Shown one piece after another: positions 39,375-49,697 of a DNA stretch of 64,000 bases; within the stretch, counting starts at the first letter, position 1; each line of letters starts with the position of its first letter. The DNA is taken from the IMG/VR virus record IMGVR_UViG_3300044797_000101, positions 55,810 to 119,809 of that record. The stretch is one strand, 5' to 3'. The DNA is from a virus. The notes under the pieces are model-generated. The model ran no database searches. It was not told the origin of the DNA and saw only the letters and a list, made by a program, of their open reading frames with translations. The position numbers and the translations under genes are program-made.

Positions 39375-40030
39375 ATTAACTCCTGTTCGCCCAGACTTAA
39401 GAAATCTTCTTTAGTATGAGATTTAAAATAGTCGTCCGGGTCGTTTCCATTTGGTAATTCAATGTAAGTAAATTTTATATCTGAATCATACAACTTGGTC
39501 GGTATAATCTCATCTTGCATCTTCTCTATAAATTTACGTCCAGCCTTATCTGAATCGGGAACCATAACAATCTTCTTTACAAACCTATTAAGAAGACAAA
39601 CTTGAATCTGTGAAAGCCTCGATCCTAACATCCCAACGCAATTATTAATCCCAGCCTGATACATCTGCAACAAGCTAATATTACCTTCTACTACGTAAAC
39701 GGTTTGTGTCTTCAAGCATTCAGGCCATGTTACAGATAACCCATATAGATGCTCTTTCTTCTCGTATTCAGTATTAATGTATTTGGTCTTACTAGGTCCA
39801 AGCGGACGAACGCTTGCTGCTATACATTTACCATATAAATCAAAAATTGGAAACAAAGAAGAATTATAGAACCTTTTATCAAGCAATGGAATCTTATCTG
39901 TGAACTCAGCTCCAACATAAATATCACCATTAGGGGCGACGTAACCCAAATTAAACGCCCTAATTGTTTCCTCGGTAAGCTTACGCTCATCGATGAGATA
40001 TTTGAATGCAGGTATTACTTTTGAAATCAT
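39371..40030 (-). CDS. dnaG: DnaG-like primase catalytic/TOPRIM part (no Zn finger)
   Basis: YLIDERKL, FNLGY, FPIFD, KYIN, LYGL, VVEG, DSDKAG, DPDD. Confidence 0.85.
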   Translation of the reverse strand: MISKVIPAFKYLIDERKLTEETIRAFNLGYVAPNGDIYVGAEFTDKIPLLDKRFYNSSLFPIFDLYGKCIAASVRPLGPSKTKYINTEYEKKEHLYGLSVTWPECLKTQTVYVVEGNISLLQMYQAGINNCVGMLGSRLSQIQVCLLNRFVKKIVMVPDSDKAGRKFIEKMQDEIIPTKLYDSDIKFTYIELPNGNDPDDYFKSHTKEDFLSLGEQELI

Positions 40031-40635
40031 AATTTGAATGAGACTTCAGAAGCAAGTGGTCCAAAGCGTTCGTTAATCAGTTTCGCTTCTCGTTCTAGAT
40101 CTGCAAAGTTGATGTTACGCTCTGCAGGAATAACATGATCAAAATTATAATTATCAAGACTTGTTTCAGTATAATCATTGATAATCGTCTTATAGATATT
40201 AAGCTCTTGTGGACGATTAATACGTACAATATGAGCTCCATGGTTCTTTAGGAACTCAACCTCATTGTTAAATCGTACATCTGTCACCACGATCTTACGG
40301 GTAATGTCGGAAGCACCAAATCCTTCAGCACTAACACGTTTAAATGCTTGCTTAACCCAGAACATGGAATCTACTGATCTATAGTATTTGCCACATAGTG
40401 TCATGATATCACGAGGGGTTAATTCTACGCCCTCTTCGTTCTTATACCCGCATGGAGTTTCTTTCAGCTTTCCATCAGTCTGCTCTGTTGTTAGACCAAA
40501 CTCTTCACGGATCTTATGCTTCAACTCATCTGCAAAACTAACACGTTCCCAACCAAGTGGGATAAGCTTACTCGCGAGAGCATCCTTCCCACTTCCACGT
40601 TTTCCAGATAAGCCAATGATTGAGTATTTGATCAT
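40027..40635 (-). CDS. deoxynucleoside monophosphate kinase
   Basis: GLSGKRGSGKD, SFADELK, TPR, VTDVRFNNE. Confidence 0.85.
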   Translation of the reverse strand: MIKYSIIGLSGKRGSGKDALASKLIPLGWERVSFADELKHKIREEFGLTTEQTDGKLKETPCGYKNEEGVELTPRDIMTLCGKYYRSVDSMFWVKQAFKRVSAEGFGASDITRKIVVTDVRFNNEVEFLKNHGAHIVRINRPQELNIYKTIINDYTETSLDNYNFDHVIPAERNINFADLEREAKLINERFGPLASEVSFKL

Positions 40636-40646
40636 GATATCCCTTT

Positions 40647-41708
40647 CTATTTACCGTGTGCTTTATTTTCCACAACGGTATTTGACGATACATATCTAAA
40701 TTTTGCATGAGCTCGTAATTCATCGAGGTTAAACGCATTGAGATAACTGCAAGCGCTTCTGATACCGCCATTGATCTGGTTCAATACATTCACTGCTGGA
40801 CCTTTTAAAGGCATCCAGGTTGAATCGCCTTCAGGGGAACGCCACGATGCAACCTTGCCTTGTGCTTCATAAGACGAAAGTGAAGCGGATCCACGATATT
40901 CTTTGTGCTTTAAACAGTAATTAGTACTACCGAAATTCTTCGTAATATCATGATCAGGGCGGCAAAATTTACCACTTGCCTCATCCGTACCAGCGAACAT
41001 TGAACCAAGCATGATAAGATCCGCACCAGCTGCTAAAGCCTTAACGATATCTCCACTGTTACGAAGTCCTCCATTCACCATCATCTTGATATCATTATCA
41101 TCGCATACACGAACCGCACTGCCAATAGACTCAAACGTAGGTACTCCAACGCCTGTTACTACTCGGGTTAAGCACATGCTTCCCCCACCAATACCAACAC
41201 ACACTGCATCAGGCTTTCGATCAGCTAAACGGATGAACTCTTCAATCTCTTTGCCAGTGCCAAAGTTTCCTACGATGATCTTACAATTAGGTAGCATCGC
41301 TGATAGATGCTGAAACATAGCGACAACGAGGATATTAGCGGCATGTGCAACATCAAGCAAGAAGATCTCAGCTCCTGCTTCAGCAAGCTTAGAGGCACGG
41401 AGTAATTCCTGTTCACCGACTCCTACAGAAACGATAGGTTTAATCCCGTTATGAATGGAAGCTTTAAACAACCGTACATTCTCTTCAATCGTACAGAAGC
41501 GATGGATTGAACTCACTGCACCATAATCATGCAACACCTTACTAAGCTCGGGACTTGCAACAGTATCCATATTAGAGTTTGTAACTGGTAAGCTAAGCTT
41601 AAGTCCTAAGAAGTCAGTAGATGGATTAACATCTTGTCTGCTCTTAACATGAGAGAAGATAGGTTCTAATAAGACATCATCAAAACAAAGCCAGTCTAGT
41701 TCGCTCAT
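40647..41708 (-). CDS. IMP dehydrogenase / GMP reductase family (no CBS domains)
   Basis: FDDVLLEP, NMDTV, DVAHA, GIGGGSMCLTR catalytic Cys, KALAAGAD, MLGSMFAG, KEYRGSAS. Confidence 0.9.
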   Translation of the reverse strand: MSELDWLCFDDVLLEPIFSHVKSRQDVNPSTDFLGLKLSLPVTNSNMDTVASPELSKVLHDYGAVSSIHRFCTIEENVRLFKASIHNGIKPIVSVGVGEQELLRASKLAEAGAEIFLLDVAHAANILVVAMFQHLSAMLPNCKIIVGNFGTGKEIEEFIRLADRKPDAVCVGIGGGSMCLTRVVTGVGVPTFESIGSAVRVCDDNDIKMMVNGGLRNSGDIVKALAAGADLIMLGSMFAGTDEASGKFCRPDHDITKNFGSTNYCLKHKEYRGSASLSSYEAQGKVASWRSPEGDSTWMPLKGPAVNVLNQINGGIRSACSYLNAFNLDELRAHAKFRYVSSNTVVENKAHGK

Positions 41709-41998
41709 TTTTTCCCTTCCATCAAGAATAATAGTGAGTAGTTAAGAATGTCACGGATGGTATCTTCGACCTTCTCGTCCCCAACAATAGCTTCTCTAGA
41801 TTTGAATGAGCCATTAGTAATACCCATCAAATTCTCAAGACGACCCATCTTATCACTCATCCGGATAGCAATCCCATGTTGTCCACCCTTGAGAGCATTT
41901 GGACCATAGTCACGACGTTTATTTACAAGGAGTTTAATTGCTGATTCGACAATCTCGCGGGCCTGTGCTTCGAAGGCATCTAAATTCTGCTCACTCAT
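41705..41998 (-). CDS. nucleotide-modification-associated domain 1 (DUF1599-like)
   Basis: KRRDYG, IRMSDKMGRL, EDTIRDILNYS. Confidence 0.75.
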   Translation of the reverse strand: MSEQNLDAFEAQAREIVESAIKLLVNKRRDYGPNALKGGQHGIAIRMSDKMGRLENLMGITNGSFKSREAIVGDEKVEDTIRDILNYSLLFLMEGKK

Positions 41999-42222
41999 CG
42001 AGTTTCTCCCTTCTCTGTGTAAAGACTAAAACTACCCTCTGATCGACTAAATTGAAATTTCTTACAAGGACACTTTTCTGTCTTGATTACTTCTTGTTTC
42101 GCTGAGTCAAAATAGGATGAATTGTAGCATTTTGTTGGCCCCTTTTCATGCTCCATGAACGCGTGACTACACATACAAACGTCATAAACACAATACTCTG
42201 GTTCCCAAGGATAATTACCCAT
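41995..42222 (-). CDS. CxCxH Zn-finger small protein lacking the NLxYLE motif
   Basis: CMCSH..H..C..CPCKKF. Confidence 0.6.
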   Translation of the reverse strand: MGNYPWEPEYCVYDVCMCSHAFMEHEKGPTKCYNSSYFDSAKQEVIKTEKCPCKKFQFSRSEGSFSLYTEKGETR

Positions 42223-42240
42223 TACATTCTCCCTATAATT

Positions 42241-42774
42241 CTAACGGAATAAGCCCAAAAATTGAAGTTTTAAAAGGCGCAACCATTTCCAGAAAATTCG
42301 TTCTTTTACACGCCAAGCAATTCGTTGACTTCTTGAACCCCAACGAGTTAAGATCTCAATACCAGCATGATCTAGAGTTTCAACAACAACGCAATCTTCA
42401 AGTTTGGTGATTGATGGTCCAAGACCATTTGGAAATAACCGAGCGACAGGCTTGAATAACGCGTACCGTGCATACCCGAACTCGTGAACAGCACCTTCCG
42501 AGCGGATCTTAGACGCTGAAGAAAGATCAAGTACGACATGGCATTGCTTGATGAACTCTTTATCCTTACGCCATTCAACGGATAATTCCTCGTCAGAGAA
42601 TGGGACTAAGATCTCGTGTTTATCTTCTACCTTTTCTTCAAGCACTGGAGAGATACACTTGATACCATATTTCGCTAACACAGCAACAGCCTCTTTAGCT
42701 TCTTTAACCATAGCAGCTTTGGAACGGCCAGACATGCGACAGGCGAGATATACTACGACATCGACATCAAACAT
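42241..42774 (-). CDS. nucleoside 2-deoxyribosyltransferase-like protein (paralog of 24513..25034)
   Basis: VYLACRMSGR, DKEFIKQC, SEGAVHEFGYA...KPV. Confidence 0.65.
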   Translation of the reverse strand: MFDVDVVVYLACRMSGRSKAAMVKEAKEAVAVLAKYGIKCISPVLEEKVEDKHEILVPFSDEELSVEWRKDKEFIKQCHVVLDLSSASKIRSEGAVHEFGYARYALFKPVARLFPNGLGPSITKLEDCVVVETLDHAGIEILTRWGSRSQRIAWRVKERIFWKWLRLLKLQFLGLFR

Positions 42775-43100
42775 TAGCGATTATCTCCAGAGCCTTTGAT
42801 CACACCACGTGCAAGACGATCTTCAAGCTTATCATGATTGAGCTGCATCACGTCTTCCAGGGAGATATTCAATTCAGTAGCTAGACGAGCACAATACCAA
42901 AGCACGTCACCAAGCTCATAGACTAGCTTATCTTTTCGTTCCTGCTGCAACCAACCACCATCATCCCTGATCATCTTCTTAACAATGTTAGCTATCTCGC
43001 CAGCTTCTCCAGTAAGACCAAGGGAGGTATAAACAATGCCCTCATCCTTAGGATAGATTGCTGTCTTCTCTGACCATTTTTGATATTCGTTAGCTTGCAT
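42774..43100 (-). CDS. mazG: MazG-like NTP pyrophosphohydrolase
   Basis: LGLTGEAGEIAN, ELGDVLWY, NHDKLEDR, GSGDNR. Confidence 0.9.
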   Translation of the reverse strand: MQANEYQKWSEKTAIYPKDEGIVYTSLGLTGEAGEIANIVKKMIRDDGGWLQQERKDKLVYELGDVLWYCARLATELNISLEDVMQLNHDKLEDRLARGVIKGSGDNR

Positions 43101-43133
43101 TTTACCCTCTCATAAAGTATAACATAAATAGGT

Positions 43134-45722
43134 CTAAATTACTACCTCTTTTTGCACAAGGTTGTCTACTGTGGCTGGTTTCAACGTGTGCATCCTACCC
43201 CAACGCTTCCCAATCTTAAACTCTGCAATTAAGGGTACCTGAATATCCAGGATCTTACGAGTCATAGCTTCATTCATAATTGCAATTGTTTGCTTGAGCT
43301 CCTCAGCAGGAACCTCAACATAAATAGCATCATGGACGAGGTTACGAAGCTTACCATGCAACCCTTTAGCCTTCAGGTTATTATAAATCCTATTAGCAGC
43401 ATTGGATACATAGTCTGAAGCTGCACCTTGGATGGGTGAGTTAACTGCACCTTGCTCATCCATATAAGCAATCTTATTATCCGAATGATTAATAGCAAGC
43501 AAGTGACGTACACGACCAAAACGATTGCGTACATAATAATTCTTACGAGCGAATGAGACGATATCTTTCTTCCATTGCTTAGCGACAGGATATCGGCTGA
43601 AGAATAGATCCTTAACCTGCTCGGCGTATTGAATACTAACACCATGATCGTGAGCAAGTTTCTCTGATCCCATGTTAAACATGAGTCCGAATACAATACT
43701 CTTGGCAATACGACGTTGGTCTTTAGTAACTTGTTCCATAGGAATTTTGTTAGCAGCCGAAGCCATGTATTTATGGATATCAAGACCATCATTTAAGTCT
43801 TTAACAAGTTGAGTATCGTTAGAATAAATTCCCCACCATCTAAACTCGTTCTGTCCTTCATCAGCCTCAATCAAGATATTACCAGGTTCTACACAGAACA
43901 TATTCTTAATAAGCTTGGAATCACGAGGGAAATTCTGGAAGTTAGGATCACGGCTTGAGAGTCGTCCTGATTCTGTACCTTCCTGTAAGAACTTGGTATG
44001 CAACCTACTGTTCTTATCAAGACGTTCCTCAATGCCTATAACGTACGTTCGGAGCAATTTTGCAATTCCTCTAAATTCTAGGATCTTGTTAGGGATACTA
44101 TTTTTATCCTTATGACCCGTAGCATCCTTGAAATTCTCCGCTAGAACATTCAGGACTTCCTCATCAGTAGAAAAGCCAGTCTTTGTGGTCTTAACCGGCT
44201 TAAGTTTAAGCGTTGTAAACAAGAGGTTTGAAAGTTGCTTGGGGGAGTCAATGTCTACAGGTTCAGTTACACCAGCTTTAGCTAATAAAGCATCGATATC
44301 AGCTTGTGTTTGTACAAGCTCAGCTTCCAGTGTCTTCTTGGCATATTGCATGGCAGTCTGGTCAATCTTAAACCCTTCAAATTCCATTGTTGTCAGAGTA
44401 TAGTTCAAAGGCATAACAAGATGATGCAGTAGATCTGTCATACCTTCAGCCTCTAAACGTTCCATGAAGATCTTCTTAAGCTGGAGCGTTACATCAGCAT
44501 CAGCTGCACCATATGAGAATAGAAGATCCGTAGGTACTCGAGCGTAATTCTTCTCATCACTCTTACCCATCTTATTGGCTTTGAACCATTCATCTAGTTC
44601 TTTCTTATGCTGTCCTTTACCAAGGTATTGGAGTGACATATCCTCTAGGTTATGCTCACCCTTTGAGGTTTCGCGCAGAAGATAGTGCATTAGCAACGTA
44701 TCATAGGCTAGTGGTTTCAAATTCCAACCAAGCTGCATCAAGAACTTCCAATCGAACTTGCCATTCTGTGCAATAAATTTGATATTGCTTTCCATGATCT
44801 GGCGGAACTTGTCCATGATGTACTCTTGCTTATCTTCCCACCAAGGATGATAGGTGTCTTCCAATGTCTTCTCAATAACCTCAATGGGTTTCATTGTGGT
44901 AACACCCTTGCGGGTTACCTTCTTTTCCTTAATAACTATATTCTCGTGCTCTACACCAATCCATCGTGTAATAGGAAGTAAAACACCAGTATTCGCAGCC
45001 CAGGAGAATGAGCAGCAAATGATCTTATTCTCTTGCCAATCAAAGCCAGTGGTTTCTAAGTCGATTGCAACCTCTTCCTGTTCCATGACACGTTCAAAGA
45101 AGGCATCAAATGTCTCAATACTATCAATGACGAGATACTTACCCTTCTCAGTTGCTGTAAGCTGTGGATACTTGGATGATTCAATGGCACGACGAAGATC
45201 TTGAGTAACAACCTCTTCTAAGCTTGGATTGCGAAGGACAGCACCCATATCATAAGTAGGCAAAACCTTGCAGCCAAAACGATCTGACCAGACCTCAATC
45301 CCTCTATGCTCTGTAACCTTGGGTTTCTTTATCTTAAATACAGCTGACATAGCCTCTGTTCCCATAGGTACAATGATATGAGGTTTAATAGAAGCGATCT
45401 CTTTATCTAGGTATTCAGCACATGCTTCAATCTCATCATAGTGAGCAGGACGGAATCCTTCCACCGTTCTAAGGTTAGCACGGCATCGCGTAGCATAGGT
45501 AAAATACACTTGGCTATGATGAAGTCCAAGACGCGCCAATAAGCTATGAAGCTTACGCGCAGAAGGACCTGAAAATGACTTCTGGTTTTGATCATCTTCA
45601 AATGAAGGTGAATTCATTACAAAGACTATCTTAGATGTTTCATCCCCCATGCCATTAAGCACACAAGTACGTAACTCAGATAAGGGACATTTATTACAGC
45701 TGTTGTTCTCGAGATTTTGCAT
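43134..45722 (-). CDS. polA: family A DNA polymerase with N-terminal uracil-DNA-glycosylase (family 4)-like domain and 3'-5' exonuclease
   Basis: CNKCPL...RC...ACAEYLDKEI UDG-like; DLETTG, NGKFD, YGAAD exonuclease; SGRLSSRDPNFQNFP, RRIAKSIVFG, NSPIQG, VHDA polymerase motifs. Confidence 0.92.
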   Translation of the reverse strand: MQNLENNSCNKCPLSELRTCVLNGMGDETSKIVFVMNSPSFEDDQNQKSFSGPSARKLHSLLARLGLHHSQVYFTYATRCRANLRTVEGFRPAHYDEIEACAEYLDKEIASIKPHIIVPMGTEAMSAVFKIKKPKVTEHRGIEVWSDRFGCKVLPTYDMGAVLRNPSLEEVVTQDLRRAIESSKYPQLTATEKGKYLVIDSIETFDAFFERVMEQEEVAIDLETTGFDWQENKIICCSFSWAANTGVLLPITRWIGVEHENIVIKEKKVTRKGVTTMKPIEVIEKTLEDTYHPWWEDKQEYIMDKFRQIMESNIKFIAQNGKFDWKFLMQLGWNLKPLAYDTLLMHYLLRETSKGEHNLEDMSLQYLGKGQHKKELDEWFKANKMGKSDEKNYARVPTDLLFSYGAADADVTLQLKKIFMERLEAEGMTDLLHHLVMPLNYTLTTMEFEGFKIDQTAMQYAKKTLEAELVQTQADIDALLAKAGVTEPVDIDSPKQLSNLLFTTLKLKPVKTTKTGFSTDEEVLNVLAENFKDATGHKDKNSIPNKILEFRGIAKLLRTYVIGIEERLDKNSRLHTKFLQEGTESGRLSSRDPNFQNFPRDSKLIKNMFCVEPGNILIEADEGQNEFRWWGIYSNDTQLVKDLNDGLDIHKYMASAANKIPMEQVTKDQRRIAKSIVFGLMFNMGSEKLAHDHGVSIQYAEQVKDLFFSRYPVAKQWKKDIVSFARKNYYVRNRFGRVRHLLAINHSDNKIAYMDEQGAVNSPIQGAASDYVSNAANRIYNNLKAKGLHGKLRNLVHDAIYVEVPAEELKQTIAIMNEAMTRKILDIQVPLIAEFKIGKRWGRMHTLKPATVDNLVQKEVVI

Positions 45723-45894
45723 CGTATTCCTTTTCTAGATATCTTAAATTATCTAGCTCAAATTCATGACATACACAATATTTAACGCTGCACCCTAAAA
45801 CTGTTTCTATAAAATCCCCAACAAGTTGGAAATGCTGTGCAAGATGATTAGCATTGCTATGCTTGCACTTGCAAGGTGCATTATTTTTTAGCAT
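45694..45894 (-). CDS. NLxYLE-motif Zn-binding small protein (outlier directly upstream of polA)
   Basis: CKCKH..H..C..CVC; FELDNLRYLEK. Confidence 0.8.
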   Translation of the reverse strand: MLKNNAPCKCKHSNANHLAQHFQLVGDFIETVLGCSVKYCVCHEFELDNLRYLEKEYDAKSREQQL

Positions 45895-46777
45895 TTTTCT
45901 TTAATGGCGGATAGATCTGAACATTATTGGCGTCAAGGAACTTGAAGTCAAATTGTTTTAAGATCTTTGCAATCTTTTTATCCTGACCCCAGACGAATGC
46001 TAGCAAAGTATAAAACAATTGAATCCCTGCACCCACACTATCTAGTGGCACTTGAATAACATGTCCTTCAATAGCATAAGACATAATAGCAGGTTTTTGT
46101 AACATAGTTGGGACTGGTGTTACAATTGTACCAGGAAGCTGTTCATCTTTTGGAATAATTGGTTTAATACTCTCAGGATGAGCGTGCAATGCTGGACCGT
46201 GAACTCGGACTTTTTGCTGTAATCTTTCTAAATCTTCATCAGTGATAGCAGTTTGTTTTTGCATTGACTGCAGAATCCCGAATGGTATATTAGATAAGGG
46301 TTTTTTTCCAGAATCATTTTCCATGTTTTTTCTCCCAGTTTAAACAATCTACGATTAAAGGTTCTTTCTTGATTAATTGATCCATTGTTGTAATAGTTTG
46401 AGCTGTTAATTTGTCAATATCATCAGGCAAGATAATAGCTGCATCGCTAACGTCTATCATCTCTTCAGGATTTTGAGAGGTAGGATCAACTAGAACACGG
46501 TTAATTTCCCATGGTTCTTGAACCTGTTGCAATTCCTCTTTACGATATAAGAAATACGCATTGATACTAGGTGGAGCAAATGGCAACGTTTGATAAATCA
46601 TTGGTTTAGGACTCTCAATGAGATAGTGAAAGGCTGTTCCAACACAACAGATAGGATCAATGATCCCTATGCTATTTTGATGCTTAGGTAAAAATGCAGT
46701 ATTCCCACTAGATTCAAGCTCTGGGGTATTAATCATCTCTATAATTTCTTTAGCCAGCTCTTCAGCGATTCTATACA

Positions 46778-47041
46778 TTATTTATTACCCCTATATTTAT
46801 AGTACATTGTCAAATACGATAGACAACAAGATAAACCCCAAGCATGCCCACATATAATTGGGTACTGCTTAATGTGAATAGCATATGTAAGACCGAAAAC
46901 ATAGGCACTACAAAGCATCCACCAAAACAAGATATTGACACCTACAACCTTTTTTGTTTTATAAGTGTACAATAATTGTGGGATGTATGAAATACTAAAG
47001 CACGACGTACAAATCCAACCACAAATTGAATAGATATTCAT
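46778..47041 (-). CDS. PQ-loop / SemiSWEET-like membrane protein
   Basis: SYIPQLLYTYKTKKVVGV; three TM helices. Confidence 0.75.
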   Translation of the reverse strand: MNIYSICGWICTSCFSISYIPQLLYTYKTKKVVGVNILFWWMLCSAYVFGLTYAIHIKQYPIICGHAWGLSCCLSYLTMYYKYRGNK

Positions 47042-47640
47042 TAGTCTTCTTTCGTTAATCTGTCTATGATAAACTGTTTCAACTTCTCTGCTCTTGCTCT
47101 TGTTTCAGCTGGTTTATCCTTATTAAGGAATCTAGTCAATTTCTTCTTAAGTGCCTTCTCTTCGTTGATACTCTTGCTATACGTCATCTGCTCTTCTAAG
47201 ACATCCATGTCTCTCTTATCTTTAAGCGTCTGTCTAAAATCTCGTTCTTTACCAGTCTTGATCTCGTGACAAGGCTTACAGATACGCTGAAGGTTTGACT
47301 TCTCACAAACCAGACGAGCCTTATAGGTATTCCAATCCTGCACCTTACCACTGATATCGGTTACATCAATAACTGGAATGATGTGATCGACGTCTAAATT
47401 GTTCTTCCCACCCACTGACATCTTAACCCACTTATTACAAACCTGACAGTGTGCTTCCTTTGAGTCTATCTTCGCACGGCTTCCATCTTGATTAAATCGA
47501 GGTACTCTGCGTATGCCTTCTTCTAAGACTTCTTTTTTAACAGGAAACTGTCTAAAGGCTCTACGCCATGCTCCACGTAGAACAGCGTCTTCGTTAAAGG
47601 GTTTCGGCGCTTTTTTCTTGAGCTGTTGAGAGTCCGTCAT
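47041..47640 (-). CDS. HNH endonuclease-like protein
   Basis: CQVC, VDHIIPV, NLQRICKPCHEIKT. Confidence 0.8.
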   Translation of the reverse strand: MTDSQQLKKKAPKPFNEDAVLRGAWRRAFRQFPVKKEVLEEGIRRVPRFNQDGSRAKIDSKEAHCQVCNKWVKMSVGGKNNLDVDHIIPVIDVTDISGKVQDWNTYKARLVCEKSNLQRICKPCHEIKTGKERDFRQTLKDKRDMDVLEEQMTYSKSINEEKALKKKLTRFLNKDKPAETRARAEKLKQFIIDRLTKED

Positions 47641-48238
47641 TTTTAGTTACCTCAAAAATTTTATGAGCTGCTTGCTGCAAGATATCACTATGACTGATCC
47701 ATATGAACTGAACGCCTAAGGCTTCAGAAAGTTTTCGAACGAAGGTAGATAACAATTCCTGATCCTTAACAGCAACATGCTTACATGCTTCATCTAAGAT
47801 AAGGATACGTGAAAGCGATGGTTGCCACTTAACCAGCAATGCTACACGAAGCGCTAATGATACTATATCACATATACCACCACCAAATGAAGTAATGATA
47901 TCGTAGGTTTGACCTGACAGCTTATCAAGGATACCCATTTCTAAGGTTGGTTGATTTGCCTTTGTAACGATCTGCATCGTAAAGACCAGATTCTTATCCT
48001 TAACTGTCTGGAGTGCCTCTGTAACGATACCTGAGATTCTATCTAAGACCTGCAAGCGGGTCTGATCTGAGAGAGACTGTAGAAACAGGCTGGATTTAAT
48101 AGCTAACTCTTCTTGATCAGTTAATTTGATAACGCACTCCTGTGACGCGTGCAACGCAGTACGAAGCTCATTTAATTTATTGATCTTTGTACGGTAGGCT
48201 ACGTTTAAATCATTAAATTTACTATTTAGATTCGTCAT
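47594..48238 (-). CDS. sbcC: SbcC/Rad50 C-terminal half
   Basis: Coiled coil, SFGGG signature, ILILDE Walker B, ISH loop. Confidence 0.8.
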   Translation of the reverse strand: MTNLNSKFNDLNVAYRTKINKLNELRTALHASQECVIKLTDQEELAIKSSLFLQSLSDQTRLQVLDRISGIVTEALQTVKDKNLVFTMQIVTKANQPTLEMGILDKLSGQTYDIITSFGGGICDIVSLALRVALLVKWQPSLSRILILDEACKHVAVKDQELLSTFVRKLSEALGVQFIWISHSDILQQAAHKIFEVTKNDGLSTAQEKSAETL

Positions 48239-48524
48239 ATTTCCATTCTACAAATTCTAGATTGTCACTAGGGATATAACAACGACATTCACAATCTACA
48301 TCTTGTGTATATTCAAATATATCATTTCGACTCATGTCATATGATTTAAAAGAAAGCTGTTCCCCACCGTTGTTATAATCATAAGTTTTTACCATGCCGC
48401 CATTAATACCAAACAATTGATTTGACATGAGACGTAAGCTAATATTGCCAGTTTTATGATTCGTTGCACGACAAATAGACTCGTGCCAATGACCACAAGC
48501 ACGACACATGCTTTTATAGTGCAT
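48222..48524 (-). CDS. NLxYLE-motif Zn-binding protein (outlier)
   Basis: CRACGHWH..C..CECRC; YIPSDNLEFVEW. Confidence 0.75.
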   Translation of the reverse strand: MHYKSMCRACGHWHESICRATNHKTGNISLRLMSNQLFGINGGMVKTYDYNNGGEQLSFKSYDMSRNDIFEYTQDVDCECRCYIPSDNLEFVEWKYDESK

Positions 48525-48777
48525 TTACCTGCTCCAGCGCTTTTGATAGCTCTGCATCCAATGCAGCAACTTCAGCTTGAACAGCAGCTTCTTCAGCTTT
48601 CAATACCTCTTCAATCTTGCCAGGACCAGGAGGAATCCCTAATGCTGTGGCTTCAGCCACGATCTTCTCTTGTTCAACCTCTAGATTCTTAAGTTGAATC
48701 TCATTCTGAGCCTTAAGCCTTTCGAGTGTTTTAACCTTTGCTTTCAATACTTCCAAATCTTGCGCGACGTCGCTCAT
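48514..48777 (-). CDS. coiled-coil protein
   Basis: Heptad-rich; AAGGAGG SD. Confidence 0.6.
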   Translation of the reverse strand: MSDVAQDLEVLKAKVKTLERLKAQNEIQLKNLEVEQEKIVAEATALGIPPGPGKIEEVLKAEEAAVQAEVAALDAELSKALEQVNAL

Positions 48778-49697
48778 ACTAACTCCTCCTTAGCTTTTCT
48801 GATCCGTTCTAATACTAGATCAATGATAGTTTGCGGTATGTTCTGTTTATTGCCTTCAGCCAATACGACCTGTTCGATATCCATGTTATTAAAGCTTGTA
48901 TTCTCTAAGCTATCCACGAAGGCTTGTAGGTTCATCTCTGTTGATTTAATCTCGGCAGCACTTGCTAGATCAAAGATCTCATCTGCTGGAAGAGCACATT
49001 TTAAAAGCACGTTAGTCAAGGTATTCAATTCCGTATCTAGAATAACAACCTTAGGTTGATGCTGCTCATTGATTGACCATCGTGAAATACTACCAGGATT
49101 CATAAATGTTGTATTACCCTCATGATGCAAGAATTCCTTATGATAGTGTCCAAGAGCAATCAGGTTAGCATTGGTCTTAACCTGCGAAGGATGCACTGCT
49201 TCAAATAGGACGTCATGCGGAATGATGAAGTTATGGCTTACAATAATCTTGTAGTAATCATCATGTTTTCTTTCAGTAAAAAAGTAATCACCTAGCTTAG
49301 GATCAAGGAAAACATGCACGCCACGGATAACGATCTTCTTATCATTAAAAACAAGCTCATCAAGACGTTCAACCGCACCAGCTTCAAAGAGCACTCCAAG
49401 ACCATTGTTACGATCTGATGTTACGTAGGCATTTACGTCGTGATTTCCTACAATGCTATATAGTGAACAGGGAAGACTCTTGCACCAATTTAATGTATCA
49501 GTAACAAGTTGATGCGATACACGAGTATTGTGAAAAAAATCACCTGCACTGATAATCAGCTCAACCTTATTCGCCTCAGCTATAGCGCTAATTTCCTTAA
49601 GCTCTTCAAACTGCTGCTTATAATGATCATCGACACGCCAGAGCGGACGATCTGATTGACTTCTTAAATGGACATCGGTGAAGAATAAAATTTTCAT
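48774..49697 (-). CDS. sbcD: SbcD/Mre11 nuclease
   Basis: TDVH, AGDFF, GNHD, SHN, LGHYH, NPGS. Confidence 0.85.
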   Translation of the reverse strand: MKILFFTDVHLRSQSDRPLWRVDDHYKQQFEELKEISAIAEANKVELIISAGDFFHNTRVSHQLVTDTLNWCKSLPCSLYSIVGNHDVNAYVTSDRNNGLGVLFEAGAVERLDELVFNDKKIVIRGVHVFLDPKLGDYFFTERKHDDYYKIIVSHNFIIPHDVLFEAVHPSQVKTNANLIALGHYHKEFLHHEGNTTFMNPGSISRWSINEQHQPKVVILDTELNTLTNVLLKCALPADEIFDLASAAEIKSTEMNLQAFVDSLENTSFNNMDIEQVVLAEGNKQNIPQTIIDLVLERIRKAKEELV

